From positions 1 through 45,380 of the forward strand of contig JAZQAZ010000037.1 of assembly GCA_045545475.1 (NCBI GenBank): 45,380 nucleotides of DNA, read 5' to 3'. How positions within the stretch are numbered: the stretch's first letter is position 1; each line of letters begins with the position of its first letter. Below are positions 28,650 through 36,825 of the stretch, piece by piece. Source of the stretch: Clostridia bacterium (GTDB lineage Bacteria; Bacillota; Clostridia; CAKSNL01; HGM11501). A program made the translations under genes and the position numbers. The notes below the pieces were generated by a model. That model saw nothing but the letters and a program-made list of their open reading frames with translations, was not told the origin of the DNA and did no database searches.

Positions 28650-28672
28650 GGGCGGTTCAATTTGAACCGCCC
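28650..28672 (+). promoter_or_regulatory. Strong intra-operon stem-loop without U-tract
   Basis: gggcggttcaa t ttgaaccgccc directly after the peptide gene. Confidence 0.6.
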
Positions 28673-28694
28673 GTACGTGAAATGAGGGGATATT

Positions 28695-31600
28695 ATGAAA
28701 CTCAGAATTACGGCTTTTATACTGGCACTTTGTATGCTGGTGTCGGGAATAACCGTAGCAGCAACAGAGGAAGCCGTGTGCTATATAGGAGATGATACGG
28801 AAAATACCTATACATCTCTTAAAACGGCACTTTATGCAGCGGATGGCGAAGTGGTACATCTTCTTTGCGATACGACTCTTGAAGCGTCTGATAACTTTGG
28901 TACAACCGGAGGTTATATCATAGACGGAAGCGGTGAAGGGGGGAATAACTACACCATTACCCTCACAGGAAATGTGGCTATAGTTAATGAACCTTCGGGA
29001 ACTCTTACTAATGTAAATATTGATATGGCAGGCTACCGTTTTGATATAAAGGGTACAACCGAATTTACTTTCGGAAGCGGTACAGTAATTGAAAATGGTG
29101 GCGGAAGCGACGGCGGTACAGCAATCGTAAGAAGCGGCTCTACATTAAACATCGAAGAAGGATGCATTATAAGAAATTCTACTGCATCCGCAAACGGCGG
29201 TGCACTTCACGTAAGAGGAACTGTCAATATGAGTGGCGGAAGTATAGAGGACTGTAAGTCAGCAAACAGAGGTGGTGCAGTTGCTCTTTACGAAGATGGA
29301 ATTATGAAAATTTCCGGCAATGCGACAATTACAGGAAATATAAGCACAGCAAAGGGCGAAACAAACGTAGAAGTACGTGATGCGGATTCTTTAATCCTTG
29401 CGGACGATTTTACCGGAACTGTCGGCATAACCTTTGATAATGCAACTGAAGGCACGGCCTTCGGTATTGCAGAAGATGGGGCGACGGGTGCCGAAAACTT
29501 TATTTTCGATGAGGACGGCGAAATAACAGGTGCCGTTAAAAACGGAAATCTTGTTTTATATAGAAAATCCGATGCGGTATGCTATATAGGCGACGATGAG
29601 GAGTCTGGAACGGTTTACAACAGCCTTAAAGAGGCTATGACAGAAGCTGAGGGTGAGACAATACATCTTATAGCAGATACTGCATTTCCTTCCGGTAATA
29701 TTACAACCAAAGGCTTTGTGATTGACGGAAGCAATGGTGACGGAAATTACACAATTACATACGAAGGCGATGTAACGTTTCTTAATGAAGCGGGAGCAAT
29801 TTTTGAAAATGTAAACATAGACTTAAACGAAAAGCACAACAATGTTACCGTAAACGGAAGCGGAACAAAAAGCTCTGTAACACTTGGATATGGAGCAGAA
29901 CTTTATGGCGGATACGGCACTAACGGCGGTGCATTTCTTATAAATAAAAATGCTGAAGTAATAATGGAAAGCGGAGCAAAGGTTACCGGCTGCTATGCCA
30001 AAAACAACGGCGGTGCCTTCTTCATAAACGAAGGAACCCTTAAAATGGAAGGCGGAACTATAGAAGGCTGTAAGGCACAGGTCGGAAGCGGCGTTTTTGC
30101 CGGAGGAGTTGCTTTCTTTTATGTGTCGGGTGATGCAAATGTTTTGGGAAATGACTTAGCTGATGCATCAGGCAATGTGACAAAAGAGGATTCACATAAC
30201 GTGGAATTAAGATCAACTAATACCCTTAACCTTGCATCCGGCCTTACGGGAAGCATAAAGGTTTATTTTAGAAGTAACGAGCTTACCGTAAAAGAAGGTG
30301 CGGTTTTCGGAACGGCGAAGGAGAATGCAACGGGAGCCGAAAACATCGTTTCTGAAAACGACGAAACTCTTTCGGGCGTCATTTTAGGCGGAAAGCTGGC
30401 ATTTCAGAGTGCGGAATTCTGCTGTTATATTGAAGATGAAGACGGAAATATCATTTCCGCATCCCAGAGCCTCGGGACAGCCATAAAGGCGGCAAACGGA
30501 AACACAGTGCATCTTTTGAGCGATGCTGAACTATCACCCACAAATGACGGAATAAATATCCGTGGTGTGCAAAGTGCAGTGATCGACGGAAGCGACGGAA
30601 AAGGCGGCTTTTATACAATTACTCTTACAGACGACATCCGTTTTGTAAATCCGGGAACGGTTACATTCAAAAACGTAAAGCTTGAACTGGACGGACATCA
30701 TTTTGATACAACGGTATCCGACGGAAGCTGTGTTATCATATTTGACGAAAATACAGCTGTAACCGGAGGTAAGGCGGCAAACGGCGGTGCAGTTTTGGTT
30801 AATGCTGGCTGCGAGCTTATTATGAAAAAAGGTAGCGCAATCGAAAGCTGTGAAGCATCAGGCGGTGGCGGTGCAGTTTGCGTTAACGGCGGAACCTTAA
30901 CCATGATGGGCGGTAAAATAACCGGAAACAAAGCAAATAACGGCGGCGGTGTAAACGTTTCCGATACAGGTATGGTAAGGGTTTCGGGCGATGCAGTAAT
31001 TAACGGTAACACAAAAAGCGACGGAGAAACGGCTGATAATGTAAAGCTTTCGAGATATGACAGCTTTTATCTTGTCGGAGAGCTTTCGGGCAAAATAGGA
31101 ATAACTATAACAGAAGCGGGCCCCGGAATGCAGTTTGGTGTTGCGGAAGATGAAACAGACGGTGCGGATAACATCTTTATGGATTCCGATAAAACACAAC
31201 TTGGTAGTATAAAATCAGGGAAGCTTGTTTTCCCCATAACAGGTGAAGCATATATCGGCGAAAGTGCCGAGGAAGGTATGATTTACGGAACACTTACCGA
31301 TGCTATCAAGGCATCAAACGGGGAAGTGGTGCATCTTCTTTCTGATGCTTCTTTGCCGGGAGGAAATCTCATAACCGGAGAAGGCTATATAATTGACGGA
31401 AGCAAGGCCGACGGCGGAACATTTAAGATAACGCTTTCAGATAATGTGACGATTCTTAACGAAAAGAGTGCGGAACTTAGAAATGTGGAAGTTGATTTAA
31501 ATCAGAAGCATTTCCTGATTTCTGTAACAGGAAACAATAAGAGTAAGCTTATTTTAGGCAGCGGTACTGTTCTTAAAAACGGCTTTGGTGCTAACGGCGG

Positions 31601-34600
31601 TGCGGCAATTATTAATGCAGGCGGTGAAGTAGTTGTAGAAGAAGGCACCCTTATCACAGAATGCAGAGCATCAAGCGGTGGCGGTGCTTTTCACGTAAAC
31701 GGCGGAACGCTTACCCTTACGGGCGGTAAAATCACAGGTAACCACGCCGACAGTAACGGCGGTGGCGTTATCGTAGCTCAGACGGGAACAGTAAATTTAA
31801 GCGGAAATGCAGAAATTATGGGAAACACTAAAGGAAGCGACAATAAAATAAATAACTTAAGATTAAGTGACAATGATTCACTTAATCTCAATGCTGATTT
31901 TACAGGAAATGTTGGTATAACCCTTGATAATACCACTTCGGGCGATGCTTTCGGAAAAGGAGGTGCAGGAGTTTCCGGTGCGGAAAAGCTTTGGTCCGAT
32001 TTGGATTCTTCGCTTCATGGGTTTTTATCAGGCGACAGCCTTTTATGGATTACCGGAACTGTTGTAATTGATATAGCTACTGACGGCGGTGTTTACAAAA
32101 ACGAAGACGGAAGCATAAAAAGCGGTGTTTTAAGAATAATCACCGGCTTTGAAAAGGCGGAAAATACTGATATAACAGCCTACGGTACATATATTATTCC
32201 ATCAGACATTTTCGACCGTTATGAATACGATCTTTATAACGATACGGAAAATACCCTTATAGGCTACAGAAGCATTCTTACAAGCAAGGATAATATGTTC
32301 AAAGCACCCGGAGAAATAAGCTCCTTCGGCGTTGATATGGTAAATATCCCCGGCGATAAGATTGATGCGGAATTTATTCCCGTTACATTCTTTAAGTCCG
32401 GTGACAAGTATTATTTTGTAAAGCACGATGCACTCTCGGTTTCCGACATAAAGGAAGAAGGAGAAATAAAGGTTATCGGAAGCCTCACGGAGACGTTTAT
32501 GCTTCCCAAAATAAAATACCTTGCATCCGACAGCGTTTATATTGAAGATGGTGACCTTGCAAAAACACTTTTTGCAGAAAAGGTTTACTCATCGTCTTCT
32601 CTTTCGGAATACAAGTCGGGAGAGGAAATAACAACCCTTCAGGATCTTAAGAGCGAGCCTGAATTTGTCCCTGATGAAAAGTACGTGATTTACGAACTTT
32701 CTGAAATTACAAAGATTTCAGGCCTCCGTCTTATTGAAAGCGGGGGAGTAATCGCTGAAAATGCACTTATCTATGTAACGGATGATGGCGAAACCTGGAA
32801 AAAAGTCGGAAATCTCAAGGCGAGAGGATGCGGCACACTCACAACAGATTTTGGATATAATGTAAATGTAAAAGCTGTTGCGATTGAATTTCCGGAAGAC
32901 AGACTTGCAGATATTGCTTTAGCCGATATGCATATCCTAAAAGGGGAGCGAAGCTACAAGGATATATCTATTGAAAATATAGAAAACTTCAGATTTTACA
33001 GCAATACTGCGGGAGGCTTTACAGCGGTTGTCGACACACAGCAGGAATCTGCTAAAATCGAAAAGCTTTTCGACGGCGATTACAATACATACTGGCATTC
33101 GGGTTATGTATCGGTTGACGGAACCACAAAGCCTTTAATAGAGCTTCCCCATACAATAACCGTAACCTTTGAAGAGGAACGTGTGATTTCGGGAATGCGC
33201 TATATCCCGAGAAACGGCTCCAACAAAATATCGGCAGTATCCGTTTACGGAACAGTTAACGGGAAAAACTACTATCTTTTGGCGGAAAGTGAAAGATGGA
33301 GCTATGCATCAAGCGAAGACCAGGAACCGAGAATGCTTGACTTCGGCGAAAATTACAGCGTTAAAGAAGTAAAGATAGTAATAACGGCGGCAAGCAACAA
33401 TGTTCATTCCACAGGTGCGGAAATTGAATTCTTAAAGGGAAATATGGGTTATGAAACACATAATAACCTTTCGGAGGACGGACTTGTAAACCGCATAAAT
33501 GCAGAAATAACCGCAACTGACGGAGAAATATCATATGCATTTGACGGTGTGGAAAAATCTTTCTGGGAAGCAGAGGAAAATGCTTCCTTAACTGTGGAAT
33601 TTGAAAAAATGCATTCCCTTTCCGGAATAAAATACCTTTCAGGAAGCGGCAAATGTATTGAAGAAGCTGATATTTATATAAGCGAGGACGGAGAAAACTT
33701 TATAAACTTTGCAAAGGCAGCCTTTAACGATGAAAACGAATATCATTTTTATGCAAATATAAAGGTAAAAGCAATTAAAATAGATATCACGAAAAGTTCA
33801 TCGGACAAGATAAAGGTGTCTGAAATGCTTTTCCTTTCAGGGAACAGGGATTATACAGACATTCTTCTTTCAAATGAAATGGAAAGCCCTGCTTCGTGGG
33901 AGATTTCCGCAAGTGAATATGGGGATAATCCTGCTGTAAATCTCATAGACGGAGATATAAATTCCGAATGGAGAACATATTACAGCGATACAGAAGAGGA
34001 TAAAACTCCCACCGATATAATTATTGATTTCGGCGAAGATACGGAGTTTTCCGGAATAAATTATTATCCCAGACGCAGCGGAGGAAACGGATATTTTACA
34101 GCGGTTGATTTTTACATATCCGTGGAAGAAGATAAAAACGGAAATCCTGTTTGGGATTATATCGGAAGCGACAGCTACAGCTATGTATCAGGCAGAGAAG
34201 TAAAAACTACGGTATTTTCAAGAAATTACAAGGCCGGGAAATTGAGAATCTGCGTTAAAGAAGGAAAAAATCTTTATGCGGCGGGTGCGGAAATAAAGCT
34301 TCTTAAGGCTGATGCCTCAAAGGTCGTGAAAAGTGCCCGTCTTATTTCGGATAAGCTCTATTTTGATCCTGCAGAGCCCTATGAGGTTCTGGCCAACTTT
34401 GAATTCAACGAAAGCGGAAGAGTAGTGAGCATTAAATACAATGGAATGGTTATTCCGAAAAGCTTTTATTCCGTAACGGAAGAAGGTATTATTTTAAGTA
34501 CATATGTTTTTGACGATTTCGTTGATCTTGATGAAAATACGGCAGAATTTACTGTTGATTTCCTTCAGGGAGAAAATGCCCGAGTTGTTGTGGAAATAGG

Positions 34601-36701
34601 TGCAGGGGAAACATTCCGTGTGGATTTTGAAGCTGAAAGCGAAAAGGGAAGTCTCAGTGTTACAGCGATAAATTCCCTTGGCGTGTCACGTTCTGTTTCT
34701 CCGGGAGCGGAAATTAAACAGACAGAACGAATCAAAGTTGAAGCTATTTCAAAGGAGGGCTATGGCGTTGGCGAATGGGTGATTTCAAACACTACTCCGG
34801 TTTATGAAAAAATTGAAGACAGATCAGGCTGGAAGGTTGATGCATCTACCTATACAAATGAAATCGGTCTTTTAAATATGACAGACGGAAAGGATACCAC
34901 CTATTGGCACTCAGGATATTCCATCGTGGACGGAAGCCCCCGACCTGTGGAGGATAAGGATAAGAAACCCTATTATATTACACTTGACTTTGGTGAAAGT
35001 ATTGATATAGCAGGTCTTTCATTCCTTTGCCGTCAGGATTCAAGCGAGGGTAAGATAACAGCATACGAAATCTATGAAAGCTCAGACGGCATATCCTTTG
35101 ATACTCTTATCTGCAAAGGAAGCGTAAGCTATGAAAACAGAGCAGACAGAAGCGAAAAGGAGATTCATTTTGGTAAAACTGTAAATTTGAAAACTTTGCA
35201 GATTAAAATAACAGAAACCTCCGGAACCTGGGGACAGATTGCCGAGATATGGGCATTAAAGGAAAAAGCTCCTGTAGAAGGCAGGGTAATCTACAAGGGT
35301 ACTGTCTCTGAAAAATATGAAATTGACAGTGTGTCTACCGATATTAAGGTTGAGGCAGTATTTAATGAGCTTTCGGGAGAAGCAACTGTAAATTATAATC
35401 TTTCAAATATCAGCACAGAAGAGATCAAAAAAGTTGATAAGGGTGAGCCCCTTAGAATTACCTTAAAATGTGAAGGAAAATATAAGGTTCCTGAAAATGT
35501 AACTGTTAAATCCGAAGACACCGTACTAATGGCGGGAACGGACTACACTTATGAAAGAATTTCAGATACCGAAGCCTCTCTTGCGGTAAGAAACGTAAAC
35601 GGAAAAATCAGCATAACCGCATCCGGTATAATGGAAAATGCACACAGGATAAGCTTTACCGATGCCTTTGGGGCAAGCGGAGAATTGCCTGCTGATATAT
35701 ATGAAATTGAAGGCGGAAAGGTTAAACTCATAACGCCTAAGCTTTCGCTTGCAGGTTATAAGTTCGCAGGCTGGAAGGTTTACTATGACGGAATATCCGA
35801 AGAGGAAGCCAAAGTATATAAGGCAGGAGCAATGTTTACAATGATAAACAAGGATGTAAACTTTGATACCGTATGGGAAGCCTTAAAGGATAAAGAACCC
35901 GGCAAAAAGCCTTCGGGCGGCGGTGGTTCATCCGGCGGAACCATTATTGTGCCTGACAACTCAAAGTCTGTAATTGTCAATGTGGAAGGTATAGGAGAAA
36001 TTAAGCTTTCCAAGGGAGATTTAATTCCAGCTGCGGAAGAAAAGGAAGGATACACCTTCATTGGATACTACCTTGATGCGGCATACACTGTTCCTTACAG
36101 TAATTCAGGAGTAAGCGAAAGCATTACACTTTATCCTTTCTACAGAAAGATAAGACACGCATCAGAGCTTACCGATATGGAAGGCCATTGGGCTGAGGAT
36201 GCTGTCGGAGAAATGTACGAAAGCTATCTGGTAAACGGAAAGGCGGAAGGAATTTTTGCTCCAGATGATAAAATTACCAGAGCTGAATTCTGTCAGATTC
36301 TCTATCTTCTTTCTGCCAAGGTTTCAGACGGAGCAGAGCCATTTGCCGATGTAAATGTGGGAGACTGGTTTATGCCGGCTGTTTCCTGGGCGTATAATAA
36401 TAAAATAGTTATGGGAAGAAGTGAGGATACATTCGCTCCCTATGATGCTATAACAAGGGAAGATATGGCAGTTATGCTTTACCGCTTTGCAACCTATATG
36501 GGAGCACAGTGGCAGGTTGAAAAAGAAGCAGATTTTATAGATTCAAACGAAATTTCGGATTATGCTTTATATCAGGTAAGATGGGCAAAAGATAAGGGAA
36601 TAATTTTAGGATATCCCGACGGAAGCTTTAAGCCTTCAGGATATGCCTGTCGTGCAGAAGCGGCTGTAATGATAAAAAGGGCAGCTGACTTTGTAAAATA
36701 A
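28695..36701 (+). CDS. 2668-aa SLH-anchored surface protein: 4 beta-helix modules, G-V-L-R-I domain, multiple F5/8-type C domains, Ig/InlB-B-like repeats, 3 SLH
   Basis: Signal peptide; FDGDYNTYWHS, LIDGDINSEW, TDGKDTTYWHS; GYKFAGW/GYTFIGYY; FAPDDKITRAEF, FAPYDAITREDMA, GYPDGSFKP..RAEAA. Confidence 0.9.
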   Translation: MKLRITAFILALCMLVSGITVAATEEAVCYIGDDTENTYTSLKTALYAADGEVVHLLCDTTLEASDNFGTTGGYIIDGSGEGGNNYTITLTGNVAIVNEPSGTLTNVNIDMAGYRFDIKGTTEFTFGSGTVIENGGGSDGGTAIVRSGSTLNIEEGCIIRNSTASANGGALHVRGTVNMSGGSIEDCKSANRGGAVALYEDGIMKISGNATITGNISTAKGETNVEVRDADSLILADDFTGTVGITFDNATEGTAFGIAEDGATGAENFIFDEDGEITGAVKNGNLVLYRKSDAVCYIGDDEESGTVYNSLKEAMTEAEGETIHLIADTAFPSGNITTKGFVIDGSNGDGNYTITYEGDVTFLNEAGAIFENVNIDLNEKHNNVTVNGSGTKSSVTLGYGAELYGGYGTNGGAFLINKNAEVIMESGAKVTGCYAKNNGGAFFINEGTLKMEGGTIEGCKAQVGSGVFAGGVAFFYVSGDANVLGNDLADASGNVTKEDSHNVELRSTNTLNLASGLTGSIKVYFRSNELTVKEGAVFGTAKENATGAENIVSENDETLSGVILGGKLAFQSAEFCCYIEDEDGNIISASQSLGTAIKAANGNTVHLLSDAELSPTNDGINIRGVQSAVIDGSDGKGGFYTITLTDDIRFVNPGTVTFKNVKLELDGHHFDTTVSDGSCVIIFDENTAVTGGKAANGGAVLVNAGCELIMKKGSAIESCEASGGGGAVCVNGGTLTMMGGKITGNKANNGGGVNVSDTGMVRVSGDAVINGNTKSDGETADNVKLSRYDSFYLVGELSGKIGITITEAGPGMQFGVAEDETDGADNIFMDSDKTQLGSIKSGKLVFPITGEAYIGESAEEGMIYGTLTDAIKASNGEVVHLLSDASLPGGNLITGEGYIIDGSKADGGTFKITLSDNVTILNEKSAELRNVEVDLNQKHFLISVTGNNKSKLILGSGTVLKNGFGANGGAAIINAGGEVVVEEGTLITECRASSGGGAFHVNGGTLTLTGGKITGNHADSNGGGVIVAQTGTVNLSGNAEIMGNTKGSDNKINNLRLSDNDSLNLNADFTGNVGITLDNTTSGDAFGKGGAGVSGAEKLWSDLDSSLHGFLSGDSLLWITGTVVIDIATDGGVYKNEDGSIKSGVLRIITGFEKAENTDITAYGTYIIPSDIFDRYEYDLYNDTENTLIGYRSILTSKDNMFKAPGEISSFGVDMVNIPGDKIDAEFIPVTFFKSGDKYYFVKHDALSVSDIKEEGEIKVIGSLTETFMLPKIKYLASDSVYIEDGDLAKTLFAEKVYSSSSLSEYKSGEEITTLQDLKSEPEFVPDEKYVIYELSEITKISGLRLIESGGVIAENALIYVTDDGETWKKVGNLKARGCGTLTTDFGYNVNVKAVAIEFPEDRLADIALADMHILKGERSYKDISIENIENFRFYSNTAGGFTAVVDTQQESAKIEKLFDGDYNTYWHSGYVSVDGTTKPLIELPHTITVTFEEERVISGMRYIPRNGSNKISAVSVYGTVNGKNYYLLAESERWSYASSEDQEPRMLDFGENYSVKEVKIVITAASNNVHSTGAEIEFLKGNMGYETHNNLSEDGLVNRINAEITATDGEISYAFDGVEKSFWEAEENASLTVEFEKMHSLSGIKYLSGSGKCIEEADIYISEDGENFINFAKAAFNDENEYHFYANIKVKAIKIDITKSSSDKIKVSEMLFLSGNRDYTDILLSNEMESPASWEISASEYGDNPAVNLIDGDINSEWRTYYSDTEEDKTPTDIIIDFGEDTEFSGINYYPRRSGGNGYFTAVDFYISVEEDKNGNPVWDYIGSDSYSYVSGREVKTTVFSRNYKAGKLRICVKEGKNLYAAGAEIKLLKADASKVVKSARLISDKLYFDPAEPYEVLANFEFNESGRVVSIKYNGMVIPKSFYSVTEEGIILSTYVFDDFVDLDENTAEFTVDFLQGENARVVVEIGAGETFRVDFEAESEKGSLSVTAINSLGVSRSVSPGAEIKQTERIKVEAISKEGYGVGEWVISNTTPVYEKIEDRSGWKVDASTYTNEIGLLNMTDGKDTTYWHSGYSIVDGSPRPVEDKDKKPYYITLDFGESIDIAGLSFLCRQDSSEGKITAYEIYESSDGISFDTLICKGSVSYENRADRSEKEIHFGKTVNLKTLQIKITETSGTWGQIAEIWALKEKAPVEGRVIYKGTVSEKYEIDSVSTDIKVEAVFNELSGEATVNYNLSNISTEEIKKVDKGEPLRITLKCEGKYKVPENVTVKSEDTVLMAGTDYTYERISDTEASLAVRNVNGKISITASGIMENAHRISFTDAFGASGELPADIYEIEGGKVKLITPKLSLAGYKFAGWKVYYDGISEEEAKVYKAGAMFTMINKDVNFDTVWEALKDKEPGKKPSGGGGSSGGTIIVPDNSKSVIVNVEGIGEIKLSKGDLIPAAEEKEGYTFIGYYLDAAYTVPYSNSGVSESITLYPFYRKIRHASELTDMEGHWAEDAVGEMYESYLVNGKAEGIFAPDDKITRAEFCQILYLLSAKVSDGAEPFADVNVGDWFMPAVSWAYNNKIVMGRSEDTFAPYDAITREDMAVMLYRFATYMGAQWQVEKEADFIDSNEISDYALYQVRWAKDKGIILGYPDGSFKPSGYACRAEAAVMIKRAADFVK

Positions 36702-36706
36702 GAAAA

Positions 36707-36734
36707 CGGTATTCCGCCTTCGGGCGGAATACCG
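36707..36734. terminator. GC-rich hairpin after SLH gene
   Basis: cggtattccgcc ttcg ggcggaataccg. Confidence 0.7.
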
Positions 36735-36751
36735 GAAAATATGATAATTTG

Positions 36752-36780
36752 TTGACATAAAATGCATTTGCGTGTAGTAT
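36752..36780 (+). promoter_or_regulatory. sigmaA promoter with palindromic operator candidate
   Basis: TTGACA-17-TAGTAT; aaatgcattt palindrome in the spacer and aaatgcaaa just downstream. Confidence 0.65.
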
Positions 36781-36825
36781 TAAATGCAAAATTGTTTATA
36801 CGAAGCTTTAAGGATGGAAACAACT

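Noticed and set aside
28515-28859. 114-aa minus-strand ORF
   Set aside because: Antisense to the RBS-supported peptide gene and to the start of the 2668-aa gene.
21435-32050. Diversity-generating retroelement or CRISPR array explaining the repeats
   Set aside because: The repeats are in-frame protein modules; there is no reverse transcriptase, adenine-specific pattern, repeat-spacer periodicity or cas gene.
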